Counted from the stretch's first letter, positions 50,127 to 60,516 are shown. The stretch is DNA of 64,000 nt from an uncultured Gemmatimonadales bacterium (GCA_963795085.1 CAWCFX010000004.1:1-64000); one strand, 5' to 3'. Made by a program: numbers and translations. Notes: generated by a model not told the origin, from the sequence alone.

Positions 50127-51194
50127 ATGTCCAGACTCCTCCTCTGCCTCGTGGCCCTCTGCCTGGCGTGCGGCAACCGCCAGGCGACCGAGGTGCCGAT
50201 GACCGTGCTGGGCGCGCCAGCCGATTCTACCGCGCTCCCCTATTCCTACATCTCCGACGCGGTGCATCTTGGTGGCGACCGCTGGGCCTTCGTGGCGCCC
50301 ACCGAACGGGCCGCCGTGGTCGCGGACCTTTCCTCCGATTCTTTCCAGGTGCTGGGCGGCCCCCGGCCGACCCAGTACCAGGAGCCCTACGCGATCTTCC
50401 GGGCCGGCGACTCTCTCTACATCAGCGACTGGGGCCGGCGGAGCCTGACCGTCTGGTCCACGGCGGGGGGGTTCGGCCGCGCCATCCCGGCCAGCGCCTT
50501 CGTCTCCGGTGCGCTTCCCCGCGCGCGGGATGGCCAGGGCCGGTTCTACTCGGTAATACATCCCCCCGCCCGCAACGACGGCAGCGGCAACCGTGATTCA
50601 GCATACGTCGTCATGATGTCCGCCGATCTCTCCCGGGTTGACACGGTGGGCAGGCTGGCGCCGCCCGACATCGCGGAAGTGGTGGGCCAGTCCGGGCGCC
50701 GCTACACGCCGCGGGCCATGAGCGGAGCGGATGGGTGGGGGGTCATGCCGGATGGCACCATCTGGATTGCGCGGGTGGACCAGAACCGCGTGGACCGGCG
50801 CGGCGCCGACGGCAAGTGGCGGAAGGGCCGCGCCTTGCCGGACCGGGTTCTCACCGTGGAGGAGGACGACCGCCAGCAGTTCCTGGAACAGTTTCCGGTC
50901 GAGCTTCGCCACGATGCGGCCCAGACCCCCTTCGCGATCATCAAGCCGCCGTTCCAGTCCGGTTTCGCCGGCCCGGGCGGCAGCGTCTGGCTGGTGAAGA
51001 ACCATTCGTTACGCGACTCGACCCGGATGGCGCAGGTCGTCGGTCCCGACGGCGACCTGAAGCAGCAACTAGAGTTCCCCGGTTATGGGCGGGTGGTCGG
51101 CACCAGCGGCGACCGGATCCTGGTGACCGAGTTGTCTGAGTCGGGGCATTGGCTGCTGGTCTACCGGGTGCCGCAGCCGGAACCCGGCATGTAG
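50127..51194 (+). CDS. Beta-propeller lipoprotein, divergent member of the same family
   Basis: CLAC lipobox; GDSLYISD; DGQGRFY; WGVMPDGTIWIAR. Confidence 0.8.
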   Translation: MSRLLLCLVALCLACGNRQATEVPMTVLGAPADSTALPYSYISDAVHLGGDRWAFVAPTERAAVVADLSSDSFQVLGGPRPTQYQEPYAIFRAGDSLYISDWGRRSLTVWSTAGGFGRAIPASAFVSGALPRARDGQGRFYSVIHPPARNDGSGNRDSAYVVMMSADLSRVDTVGRLAPPDIAEVVGQSGRRYTPRAMSGADGWGVMPDGTIWIARVDQNRVDRRGADGKWRKGRALPDRVLTVEEDDRQQFLEQFPVELRHDAAQTPFAIIKPPFQSGFAGPGGSVWLVKNHSLRDSTRMAQVVGPDGDLKQQLEFPGYGRVVGTSGDRILVTELSESGHWLLVYRVPQPEPGM

Positions 51195-51274
51195 GGTGCG
51201 CGCGCCTGGACGTGCTCTTGACCGGTTCCGTGGTATGCCCCAGGACCATTGAGGAATGACTTGTTCGCCAATGG

Positions 51275-52768
51275 CTAGTGCGGCAGAACCGGTCCCAGTG
51301 CCAGCAATCCCAGCCAGATCACGACGAAGCTGCTCAGGTCCATCAGCACGCCGACCTTGATCATCCTCCAGAGCGGCACCAGGCCGGTTCCAAAGGCGAT
51401 GGCGTTGGGTGGTGTAGAGACCGGGAAGATGAACCCACTGGTGGCGGCGATACCGGCCCCGATGGCCGGCGCCACCGGATCGAGACCGGAGGCCTGGGCG
51501 GCCGCGATGATGATTGGAATAATCAGGGTGGCGGAGGCGGTATTGGACGCGAACTCGCTCAGCAGGATCGAGGCGGCGATGCTCACCGCCAGGAGACCGG
51601 CCGGTGTGGACGCGATCCCGATCTGGCTGATCTCCATCCCCAGCCACTGCGCGATCCCGAGGTCAGCCGCCAGCGTCCCCAGCGACAATCCCCCGCCGAA
51701 GAGGATCACGATTCCCCAGTTGAGCCGCCGGCCCTGCTCCCAGGTTAGTGCGAACTTGCGGTCCTTCCAGTTTACCGGCGCCAGGAACAGCAGTGATGCG
51801 GCCAGGAGCGCCACCCCGGCCTCGGGAAAGAGGCGGACCAGCGTCCGGGTGACGGGCGCGTCGGCACCCAACGCCGCCCCGGCCAGTCCCGGCACCATCC
51901 AGAGGGTGGCCGCGAGCGCGAACGCGACCAGGGTCCAGCGCCGTCCGGCCCGCTGGGACGCCGGTTCGGCGCCTGGGCGTATGATGGCGGGTTCGAGTTG
52001 AGCGCGGGGCGGAGTGCCCAGCACCGTGCGCACCCAGAACACCGCCACCGGCAGGAGGACCAGTGCGATGGGCACCCCGAACGTGAGCCAGGACGCGAAC
52101 GAGATCCGGGTGCCGGTCATTCGCTCCAGGAATCCCGCCGCGAGGAGGTTGGGCGGGGTTCCGATCAACGTTGCGAGTCCGCCGATGGATGAACAGTAGG
52201 CCACCGTAAGCACCAGCCCGCTCGCCCAGCCGGGGACGTCTCGCGGCTCCTCCGGTGCTTCGGATTCTTCGCCAAGCGACTCGCGCACGGCGCCGATCGC
52301 GACGGGCGTCAGCAGGGCCGCCGTCGCGGTGTTGGAGAGAAAGCTCGACATCGACGCCGAGGCGACCGCAAACCCGGATGTAACCCCGCCCCCTGATTTG
52401 CCCACCATGCGACTGTGGAGCATGGCCGCGGCAATTCGCTTGTCCAGCCCATAGGTACGGAACGCCTCGGCCAGGAGGAAGCTGCCGATGATCAGGAAGA
52501 TCACCGGGTCGGCGTACGGAGCGAACACCTCCCGCGCCGGGGCCGTTCCCGTCACGACCACCAGCGCGGAGGCCAGCAGTGCCGTGGCGGGAAGGGGAAT
52601 CGACTCGCTCATCCAGTACACGATGGCCAGCGTGATGATGGCGAGGAGGCGCTGCGCCTCCGGGGATTGGCTTGCCGGGTTCCACCAGTAAACGGCCAGT
52701 GCCAGCACCGGCCCTAGCGCCAGGCCAGCCGTGGCCATGCGGCGTTCGAACAGCGCGGTGGAGGACAT
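51275..52768 (-). CDS. DASS/SLC13 family anion symporter
   Basis: SNTATAALLTP, TLIGTPPNL, SEFASNTASA, PVSTPPNAI. Confidence 0.92.
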   Translation of the reverse strand: MSSTALFERRMATAGLALGPVLALAVYWWNPASQSPEAQRLLAIITLAIVYWMSESIPLPATALLASALVVVTGTAPAREVFAPYADPVIFLIIGSFLLAEAFRTYGLDKRIAAAMLHSRMVGKSGGGVTSGFAVASASMSSFLSNTATAALLTPVAIGAVRESLGEESEAPEEPRDVPGWASGLVLTVAYCSSIGGLATLIGTPPNLLAAGFLERMTGTRISFASWLTFGVPIALVLLPVAVFWVRTVLGTPPRAQLEPAIIRPGAEPASQRAGRRWTLVAFALAATLWMVPGLAGAALGADAPVTRTLVRLFPEAGVALLAASLLFLAPVNWKDRKFALTWEQGRRLNWGIVILFGGGLSLGTLAADLGIAQWLGMEISQIGIASTPAGLLAVSIAASILLSEFASNTASATLIIPIIIAAAQASGLDPVAPAIGAGIAATSGFIFPVSTPPNAIAFGTGLVPLWRMIKVGVLMDLSSFVVIWLGLLALGPVLPH

Positions 52769-52839
52769 GGAAGAGCAATATAGGAGCGAAACGGCGGATA
52801 GGGCGACCAAGGCACCGGCGGAGCTTCGCTTACGAGCTG

Positions 52840-53241
52840 CTACGGCCTGACCACGGCTTCGCCGACAGCTGCTCGCTTCCGCAGCACGCCGCCCAGCACA
52901 TTGCCGGGAAGCAGGAGCGCGAGAAATGTCAGGTGATACCAGACCGGCAGCAGGCTCCAGTAGCTGATCTCGAACGCGATGCCGATGCAGAGCTGTACCC
53001 CGCCGAGGGCCGCTGAATGGAGCAGTGGCCTGGTCCGGGCAATGACCGCCGTGAGATAACCCGCCGTAATGCCGAAAACGAAGCTCGCCACCAGGTAGCC
53101 CACAAGTACACCGACATGCCCGAGATAACGCTCAGGGTCGATGAGGTGGGGAAAGACCGCAATCATCAATTGGTTGAACGGAACCCAGAGCAGGCTCCAG
53201 GCGATGGCACCGGCGAGGACGGACAGTGTGCTGCGCAGCAT
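52840..53241 (-). CDS. Four-TM membrane hypothetical protein
   Basis: RBS AGGAGG; hydrophobic; PVWYHLTFL. Confidence 0.78.
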   Translation of the reverse strand: MLRSTLSVLAGAIAWSLLWVPFNQLMIAVFPHLIDPERYLGHVGVLVGYLVASFVFGITAGYLTAVIARTRPLLHSAALGGVQLCIGIAFEISYWSLLPVWYHLTFLALLLPGNVLGGVLRKRAAVGEAVVRP

Positions 53242-53284
53242 TGGGGACCTCCTGGAGGTTGGGAGTTGCCGAGGGAGGTAATAT

Positions 53285-53300
53285 GTGATATATTTATCAC
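53285..53300. promoter_or_regulatory. Palindromic operator GTGATA-N4-TATCAC
   Basis: Inverted repeat 2 bp before the ArsR start codon, in the divergent intergenic region. Confidence 0.65.
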
Positions 53301-53302
53301 CT

Positions 53303-53668
53303 ATGCAACCTGACCACCTGGAACCCGCCTGGCGCGCGCTGTCTAACCCGTTGCGGCGGCAGATGTTGGACATCTTGCGCGAGTCCCCGCTTCCGACCGG
53401 TGCACTGGGGGCCCACTTCCCGGGCCACTCCCGGTTTGCGGTGATGCAGCACCTGCGGGTGCTTGAAGAGGGGGGTCTGGTGGTGCGGCGGAAGGAGGGA
53501 CGCCTGACCATCAATCATCTCAACCCGGTGCCCATCCAGCAGATTCACGACCGCTGGGTCACCCGCTACGAACGACACTGGACGGAAGCCCTGCTGGATC
53601 TCAAGGCCCAGCTGGAAACCCCTGCTGCCAGCGATAGCGCCGAGCCTGGAAATGCCTGCACGGGGTGA
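53303..53668 (+). CDS. ArsR/SmtB family regulator
   Basis: WRALSNPLRRQMLDIL..SRFAVMQHLRVLEEGGLV. Confidence 0.9.
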   Translation: MQPDHLEPAWRALSNPLRRQMLDILRESPLPTGALGAHFPGHSRFAVMQHLRVLEEGGLVVRRKEGRLTINHLNPVPIQQIHDRWVTRYERHWTEALLDLKAQLETPAASDSAEPGNACTG

Positions 53669-53775
53669 CGTCCTGGTGACTCTTTTTTTCTTGCTCTTTG
53701 TGGTTCGGCGGTTGTTTGTCCTGGGGTTCGTGCCTACGTGATCTCTGATTTCCTTAACCCGTAACGGAGCCAGCC

Positions 53776-54303
53776 ATGCCGGCCGACCAGCTTCCCCCTT
53801 TCATTACCTCTGTCGACATCATGGTCCCTATCCAGAAAGTCTGGACCGAGATCACCAAGACAGGCAGCATCCAGCCCGCGATCTACAACACGGTGCTCGA
53901 GATGCAGCCGGCACCGGGCAGCCGGCTCCGTTATTACAGCCCCAACCGGAAACGGGTGTTCGTGCTGGGCGAGGTGCTGGAGCTGGAGCCGCCCCGCAAG
54001 TTCAAGCACACCTACCACTTCCTCATGAACGGCAAGGAGCCGCCCACGGTCGTCACCTGGGAACTGGCCGAGATCCCGGGCGGTACCCGTGTCACCCTCA
54101 CGCACGCCGGCTTCACCGCGGCCCACAAGGGCGCCGGTAAGCAGCAGGCGGGGTGGCAGGAGATCCTCGGTCTGCTCAAGAGCGAGCTGGAGACCGGCGG
54201 CATTCCCTTCAAGACCCGGATGATGTACGGCATGATGGGGGCGATGTCCTTCATGCTGCCAAGGAGCACAAAGGTGGAAGAGGCGGAGCGGCTGTTTTCC
54301 TAG
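53776..54303 (+). CDS. SRPBCC/AHSA1 domain protein
   Basis: GEVLELEPPRKF..GGTRVTLTH..GWQEIL..LKSELETG. Confidence 0.88.
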   Translation: MPADQLPPFITSVDIMVPIQKVWTEITKTGSIQPAIYNTVLEMQPAPGSRLRYYSPNRKRVFVLGEVLELEPPRKFKHTYHFLMNGKEPPTVVTWELAEIPGGTRVTLTHAGFTAAHKGAGKQQAGWQEILGLLKSELETGGIPFKTRMMYGMMGAMSFMLPRSTKVEEAERLFS

Positions 54304-54384
54304 CGAGGGTGGCGGCGGCGGAGTTTCCGGACGGAGCCCACCGCCAGGGTGAGCGCCAAAGGCGCTGCCCCAACCGGTGCGTAT

Positions 54385-55116
54385 CTAGAGGTCCTGGTGC
54401 GCCGAAGGTTCTGCCGGGGGCGGGGGCGCCGGTGTGTCCCGGTCGCTCTTCCGCCGGTTGCGTCTCCGGCCTTCCTCGTACCATTTCCTGGTAATTTCGC
54501 CGGCCAGTTTCCGGTTGCCGAGCCCGAACGCCAGGCCGGCCGCCAGGGCGATAGCGCCCAGAATCAGGATGAACGCGGAGGTCACGATTTCCTCCGCCAC
54601 GCCCACCTGCTGCAGGGCCATGAACACGGAGATCAGGACGACGGCCGTCTTGGCCAGCTTGGCCAGGATCGGCACCCCTTCGACCTGCCCCGCCGAGGCG
54701 ACGATCAGCCCCCGCACGAACTCGCCCACGATGATGCCGAGGATGACGATGACAATGCCGGCGATCAGGGTGGGAATGAATCCCAGCATCAGGCCGAACA
54801 TCTCGTTGATACTTTCCAGCCCCAGCGCCGCACTTGCCAGCAGGATCACCACCAGCATGACCAGCCAGAACATGAGCTTCCCGATGGCGTGGACCGGGTC
54901 CAGGTAGGGACGGGCCCGGTCCACCGCTTCCGCCAGCCCGCCTTCCTGCGCCATCCGGTTGAAGTCCATCCGCTTGAGTACCCGGTCCACCCAGCGCTCG
55001 ATCTGCTTGGCGAGGAGATACCCCGCCAGCAGGACCAGCACCGCCGCGATGACTGCGGGCGCCATCCGGGCCAGCTCATACGCCCCGAGCCGCAGGCGAT
55101 CCCATAACTCGTACAT
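54385..55116 (-). CDS. Conserved TM-helix repeat protein (CmpX/MscS-related)
   Basis: TM_helix-like repeats; LAFGLG motif. Confidence 0.8.
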   Translation of the reverse strand: MYELWDRLRLGAYELARMAPAVIAAVLVLLAGYLLAKQIERWVDRVLKRMDFNRMAQEGGLAEAVDRARPYLDPVHAIGKLMFWLVMLVVILLASAALGLESINEMFGLMLGFIPTLIAGIVIVILGIIVGEFVRGLIVASAGQVEGVPILAKLAKTAVVLISVFMALQQVGVAEEIVTSAFILILGAIALAAGLAFGLGNRKLAGEITRKWYEEGRRRNRRKSDRDTPAPPPPAEPSAHQDL

Positions 55117-55214
55117 CAAGGCTCCTTGGTTATCACGAAGGCACGAACGAAAGACAAAGAACGGAGATGGCTAAGTGGTCAACTGTTCGAGCTCGTGATG
55201 CAGCGGATCAGCCT

Positions 55215-56249
55215 TCAGGATATCTCCAGCACGATCTTTCCCGACTGCTCGCCCGCCGCCAGCCGTTCGAAGGCAGTGGAGCTTTCATCCAGGGGAAAGA
55301 CCCGGTCCACCAGCGGCCAGAGCTTCCCCGCCCCAGCCAGGCCGACGATCTCCTGGTACTCCGACCAGTTCCCCATGGTCGAGCCCAGGATGGAGTACTG
55401 GTACCAGAAGAGCCTTCGTACGTCCGTCGTGACCATCGGGCCCGTGGTTCCGCCGCAGGTCACCAGGCGGCCCAGCCGGCCCAGGCAGCGCAGCGACTTC
55501 TCCCACGTCTTCTCGCCCACGTTGTCCACCACCACCTCGACCCCCCGCTTGCTGGTCAACTTCCGCACCTCCGCGGCCACATCCTGGGTCGCATGGTTCA
55601 GCGTGAAGTCGGCGCCCAGCTCCCGGGCCCGCGCCAGCTTCGCGTCGGAAGAGCTGGTCGCGATCACCCGGGCACCCAGGAGCTTCGAGATCTGCAGCGA
55701 GGCGAGGCTCACCCCCCCGCCGATGCCCCAGATCAGCACCGTTTCGCCCGCCCGAAGCCGCGCCCTGGTGACCAGCATGCGCCACGCGGTAAGCGTCGCC
55801 AGCGAGAACGCGGCCGCCTGGGGCCACGGCATATCAGCCGGTACCCGGCCCAGGTTCCGGGCCGGGACCACGACGAACTCCGCGGCGGTGCCGGGGACAT
55901 GCTCGCCCAGCAGCCGGTACGTCTCGCACAGCGAGTGCTCCCCGCCGAGGCAGCTCTCGCACCGATAGCAGGAGAGCCCGGGATTGATCATGACCCGGTC
56001 TCCCGGTGCCCAGCCCGTGACCCCACTCCCCACCGACTCAATGACCCCGGCGCCATCGCCGGCCATAACGTGGGGGAACCTGTAGCGCACCCCCGGCAGC
56101 CCCTGCAGCACGAAGAGATCGAGCCGGTTGAGCGCGGCCGCCTGGATCCGAACCAGGACATCTTCGGGGTCGGCAATCCCGGGCGCGGGGACATCCTGGA
56201 CGGCCAGAAACTCGGGTCCGCCCAACTGGGTGAGGGTGAGGGCTTTCAT
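55215..56249 (-). CDS. Zinc-binding (MDR) dehydrogenase
   Basis: AAALNRLD, CYRCESCLGGEHSLC, IWGIGGGVS, GKIVL. Confidence 0.92.
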   Translation of the reverse strand: MKALTLTQLGGPEFLAVQDVPAPGIADPEDVLVRIQAAALNRLDLFVLQGLPGVRYRFPHVMAGDGAGVIESVGSGVTGWAPGDRVMINPGLSCYRCESCLGGEHSLCETYRLLGEHVPGTAAEFVVVPARNLGRVPADMPWPQAAAFSLATLTAWRMLVTRARLRAGETVLIWGIGGGVSLASLQISKLLGARVIATSSSDAKLARARELGADFTLNHATQDVAAEVRKLTSKRGVEVVVDNVGEKTWEKSLRCLGRLGRLVTCGGTTGPMVTTDVRRLFWYQYSILGSTMGNWSEYQEIVGLAGAGKLWPLVDRVFPLDESSTAFERLAAGEQSGKIVLEIS

Positions 56250-56264
56250 GGTGCGGGGAAGATA

Positions 56265-56390
56265 AGGGAATTGAGGGAATTGATGGAATTGAGGGAATTG
56301 AGGGAATTGAGGGAATTGAGGGAATTGAGGAATTGAGGGAATTGGGCTGTTCAATTCCAACATTCCTTCAATTCCAACATTCCTTCAATT
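56265..56390. repeat. (GAGGGAATT)n nonamer with partial inverted copy
   Basis: Seen directly. Confidence 0.88.
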
Positions 56391-58585
56391 CAGAACACCA
56401 CCTGCTCGTTCAGCACCAGCGGAACCTGGAATGGCGCACCGCCGCCGACCGGCACCAGCGAGAAGGTGAACTCGGCCTTGCCGCGCCGTGGGTCGGTGAC
56501 CCGGCCGGCCACTACCGCCAACCGGTCGCCGGTCCGACTGACACCCAGGGAGGTGATCGCGGCGGGGCTGCTGTAGATAGCGCCGGCCACACCGCCGGCT
56601 GCGGGCAGCCGCATGACCTGCCACCCCGCCCGCTTGACCTCCGCCCCATACGCCAGATCGCCGTTCGGAAAGAATGCCGGGGCCGATTCCTTTTCCCGTG
56701 TGTTGGAGAGGTTCAGCTGGTTCGACCCATCGATGTCCATCCGGTACACTTCCACGTTGCCGTCCCGGCCCGACAGGAACGCGATCCACCTCCCGTCCGG
56801 AGAGACGGCGGGAGAGGAATTGCCTCCCCCGAGGCTGGTCAGCTGGCGGATATCCCCGCCATTTACGTCCATGCTGAAGATCTGGGTGGCCCCGCCCCGG
56901 GTGCCGGTGAAGACCAGGCGGGTGCCATCCGGCGTCCACCCCGCATCGCCGTCGGGGCCTGGTAACGCGGCGACCCGCCGAATGTTCTGTCCATCCGCGT
57001 CCACCAGGTAGAGGTCATAGTCACCGCCCCGGTTGGAGCTGAAGACGATGGTCGTGCGGTCCGGGCTCAGCGCGGCCTGCACGTTCTGAAAACTGTCGGC
57101 CAGAATGGGCACCATCCGGCTCGGGTCCTTCCAGCCGACCTGGTAGATGCCGAACTGGGGCCCGCCGCGGTTGGCGGAATAGACCACATCGCCGACGACA
57201 AAGACATCGGCGGTCGCGCTCCTCCCCCAGGGCGTCGTTGCGGTCAGCCGGGCCCGGCCAAACCCGGTGGCCTCCACCACGCCGTCGTTCCCCACGACCG
57301 CCGCGGTGATCCGGTCCGAGGTCCATTGCAGGTGCTCGGCCGGACTCAGCACGGCACCGCTCTCATCCACCAGGTTGGCCTTGACCTGCGTCCGGGCGCC
57401 CAGTTCCATCGAAAAGCGGGTCTGATCCAGCGCAATGCCGCCCGGCACCACTTCGACCACCCAGGAGACCGGGTCGAACCCCCGGGCTCGCAACGTCACC
57501 GTGGTGGTGCCGAGCCCGAGCGCGGTGATCTCTCCCCTGGCCGGGTCGTACCCGGCGACGGCACTGTCTCCCACTTCCCACCAGAGCGTCGCCTCCGGCA
57601 CTGGTGTGGAGTCCGCGGCTTCGGCCTGCACGGTCAGCGCGCGGGTCCCGCGCAGCGGCATTCGCAGGATGCCGGCGCTGGGCTTCGGCGTCACCACGAG
57701 GGTCTCCACCGGCTTGTGCACCCGGACCGGGATGCGTCGCTCCTGGAAGAAACCGGCGATGATTATCTCAGCCTCCCCCGGCACCATCGCCTGCACGATG
57801 CCGGTCGGTCCAACCCGGACAATGTCGGGATGACTGGACCGCCACTGCAGCCCGGCGCGAAGTTCCCGGTTGCCATGGGACGGCACCGTTGCCGTGATGG
57901 TATCGAGGTCATACGGCGCCAGAATCAGCCGGGCGGGTGCCAGGGAAATCTCGGCGGCGCTGATCTCCACGGGCGCCGTCGCGGCCAGGCCGCCGGCAGC
58001 GCTCGCCTGTACGATGGCCGTCCCCGGCGCCAGGCCGACGATGACGCCCTCGGCGTCCACGGCGACCGTTTCCGGAGTCAGCGACTTCCAGATAATCCGC
58101 GGCAGCTCGGCCGCGGAGCCGTCATCCCGAAACGCCCGGATGACCAGGCGGCGATTCTCGGAGGGGAGCAAATACACCGGGCTCGGCTCGATGGTGATCA
58201 TCGAAGCCGGCGGGCTGGCAGCCGGAACTGGAGAGGTCGCGGCCTCGGTGGTGGTCTGGGGCTGATTCACCGACTCTACTGAGACTGCGACGCTGAATGA
58301 CTTCTGGCCGGCGCTCACCTGGACGATGGCGGCGCCCGGTTTGAGCCCGATGATCACCCCGTCGGCCTGGGCCTGGGCGACGGTCGGGTTGTTGGAGCTG
58401 AAGGTGAACCGTATCGTGGGAATCAGGTTGCCGCCGGTGTCGAACGCGGCCGCAAACAGCGCCTGCTTCTGGCCCACTCGGAGCGTGACCGTCTCCGGGG
58501 TGACCTGGACTTCAGACACGTTCTGGGCCCGAAGGGCCCCGGGAATGAGGATGAGTGAGAGAACTAATGCCGAAGTCAGTCGCAC
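56390..58585 (-). CDS. Secreted Ig-like (Big_2) repeat protein with C-terminal TolB-like PD40 propeller
   Basis: RBS GAGGTG; repeated W.S..P.V..V...G...G...G.A units; SPDRTTIVFSSNRGGDYDLY, SPDGRWIAFLSGRDGNVEVY. Confidence 0.88.
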   Translation of the reverse strand: MRLTSALVLSLILIPGALRAQNVSEVQVTPETVTLRVGQKQALFAAAFDTGGNLIPTIRFTFSSNNPTVAQAQADGVIIGLKPGAAIVQVSAGQKSFSVAVSVESVNQPQTTTEAATSPVPAASPPASMITIEPSPVYLLPSENRRLVIRAFRDDGSAAELPRIIWKSLTPETVAVDAEGVIVGLAPGTAIVQASAAGGLAATAPVEISAAEISLAPARLILAPYDLDTITATVPSHGNRELRAGLQWRSSHPDIVRVGPTGIVQAMVPGEAEIIIAGFFQERRIPVRVHKPVETLVVTPKPSAGILRMPLRGTRALTVQAEAADSTPVPEATLWWEVGDSAVAGYDPARGEITALGLGTTTVTLRARGFDPVSWVVEVVPGGIALDQTRFSMELGARTQVKANLVDESGAVLSPAEHLQWTSDRITAAVVGNDGVVEATGFGRARLTATTPWGRSATADVFVVGDVVYSANRGGPQFGIYQVGWKDPSRMVPILADSFQNVQAALSPDRTTIVFSSNRGGDYDLYLVDADGQNIRRVAALPGPDGDAGWTPDGTRLVFTGTRGGATQIFSMDVNGGDIRQLTSLGGGNSSPAVSPDGRWIAFLSGRDGNVEVYRMDIDGSNQLNLSNTREKESAPAFFPNGDLAYGAEVKRAGWQVMRLPAAGGVAGAIYSSPAAITSLGVSRTGDRLAVVAGRVTDPRRGKAEFTFSLVPVGGGAPFQVPLVLNEQVVF

Positions 58586-59245
58586 AGTATCACCTCGAAA
58601 GAGCTTCACCCGGAGGAGCGCAGGGGAGGCCGGGACTCGTTGAGATAAGCGATCCGTCCTGCCAGACAAGGCAAAGGGCAAGCCATGGACGAATGACATA
58701 AGTCCATGGGAGATCAGGGGGTAGCTGGATCCCTCCGGACCGGCGTTTTTTCTGTACACGTCTCCTGCGACCGGCGGTCTGCCCCTGCTACTGGAGGTGA
58801 TGCAAGTCAACCCTGTTCAATAACTTAAGCTATTTGCCCGACGCCAACTGGACCTTGAGCTCTCCGGCTTCGTCACCGGGAGTATTGGCGACGACTAACA
58901 CATTGGGATCGTGGCCTCACCTTTAGTCGACCACAGCCCCCGCTCCGAGAGGTAAACCATTTAGCAACTTTGAGATATGTACCCACTTTGCGCGAGCAGG
59001 GACTTCACCAGGGGCCACGCATCTCGCCCCGGAGTCTGGAAAGTTGCGGTGCTCGTCGCCGCCCCTCGTCGCCAGAAGCCCCGGTGTTTCGGGAGTCCGA
59101 CGCGGCGGGCACCTCGCGGTCCGAGTGCCTTGCAGAACCACTCAACTTGTGCAAGTTATATCCATCAAATGTCTGTCAGGCGCACAGGCGCGTCAAATAC
59201 CTGCGGCGGGTCGCGCCGCTCGAGTCTTCCCTGGGAGCTACAACG

Positions 59246-59701
59246 ATGGCCGACCTGAACGAGGAGATGGGCTGGTCTGGAGCGGGCTGGATGGATCCTA
59301 CGCCGCTTTCCCCTGAGCCGGAGCCGATGTCGCCCTTCAGCGCGGCCCGGGAAGAAACCATGCCGAACGCGGAGGAGGGGCCAGCGGTAAAGCCCAAGGC
59401 CGCCGCCCGGCCCCGGAAGAAGGCCGCGAAGAAGCCGGCCAAGAAGGCAGTCGCGAAGAAGCCGGCCAAGAAGGCGAAGAAGAAGGCCGCCGCGAAGAAA
59501 TCAAAGGGGAAGAAAGCGGCAAAGAAGAAGGCCGGTGGCAAATCCAAGGGCTCCGGAAAGAAGAGCGCCAAGAAGAGCGTTAAGAAGAAGAGTGCCAAGA
59601 AGAAGAGTGCCGGCAAGAAAGGCGCAGGAAAGAAGAAAGGATCCGGCAAAAAGAATAAGGCGAAGAGCGGCAAGAAGGGCGGTAAGAAGAAGAAGCGGTA
59701 G
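59246..59701 (+). CDS. Histone H1-like Lys/Ala-rich protein
   Basis: RBS GGGAG; acidic N-terminus followed by KKAAKKPAKK repeats. Confidence 0.75.
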   Translation: MADLNEEMGWSGAGWMDPTPLSPEPEPMSPFSAAREETMPNAEEGPAVKPKAAARPRKKAAKKPAKKAVAKKPAKKAKKKAAAKKSKGKKAAKKKAGGKSKGSGKKSAKKSVKKKSAKKKSAGKKGAGKKKGSGKKNKAKSGKKGGKKKKR

Positions 59702-59709
59702 CCGAGAAT

Positions 59710-59742
59710 CCCCCCTCCCGATCAGGCGAGGGGGGCTTTTTG
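59710..59742 (+). terminator. Intrinsic terminator overlapping the otsB stop
   Basis: CCCCCCTC-loop-GAGGGGGG followed by CTTTTT. Confidence 0.7.
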
Positions 59743-60516
59743 TTCCCGCCTGGCCCGCTCCAGCCGATGGAGCCACCGGGCCAGGGTAGCGGGACTGGGA
59801 GTCCGGAATTGCGCGCCCCGCGGCCGGCGTCCTACCGCGATAGTCAGCGCCTTGGGGCCCAGCGCTCGAAAGGCGTCTTCGTCGGTCGTGTCATCCCCTG
59901 CGTACAGCACATGGCTCAGCGGAACCTTGCCTTTTTCGGTGCGTTCCAGCCACCGCTTCACGGCGGCGCCCTTATCGGCTCCCCGGGCGCGGACGTCGAT
60001 GACCCGCCGTCCCTTGAGGGCCTCCACCTCTTTTCCCATCAGGGCTCCGCGCACCATGCTCAGCAGCCGCCCCAGTTCCTCGGGCGAGAGCCGGTGGTGA
60101 AGCGCCACCGAATGGCCCTTCGATTCCAGCCGCACACCGGGCCAACTGCGTTCCAGTTCCCGGGCAATGGCGGTGGTAGCGGTCCTGAGGCCGGGATGGT
60201 CCCGAGCGGTCCAGTTGGCCACCCGGCGTTGCCGCAGCAGCTCGGCGCCATGGTTGCCGAGGATTCCGTCGAACTCCCCGCCCATGACGCGGTGGGCATC
60301 GCGGGCGGCCCGTCCGCTCACCAGCACCACGCTGGCCCCGGTCCGGCGGAGCGCCTGCAGCAGGTCGCGGGTCTTGCGGGGAGTCCGAGCGTCTTCCGGG
60401 CGGGACACGATCGGCGCCAGGGTTCCGTCCACATCCAGGAAGAGCACCGGCCGGGGCGCGGCCGCCAGCCGCTCGAACGCCGCCCGGCCCGCGCTGGCGG
60501 AGAGCGGCTGGGTCAC
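59722..60516 (-). CDS. otsB: Trehalose-6-phosphate phosphatase
   Basis: FLDVDGTL, LVSGR, GNHGAE, DKG, AGDDTTDEDAF. Confidence 0.93.
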   Translation of the reverse strand: MTQPLSASAGRAAFERLAAAPRPVLFLDVDGTLAPIVSRPEDARTPRKTRDLLQALRRTGASVVLVSGRAARDAHRVMGGEFDGILGNHGAELLRQRRVANWTARDHPGLRTATTAIARELERSWPGVRLESKGHSVALHHRLSPEELGRLLSMVRGALMGKEVEALKGRRVIDVRARGADKGAAVKRWLERTEKGKVPLSHVLYAGDDTTDEDAFRALGPKALTIAVGRRPRGAQFRTPSPATLARWLHRLERARREQKAPLA

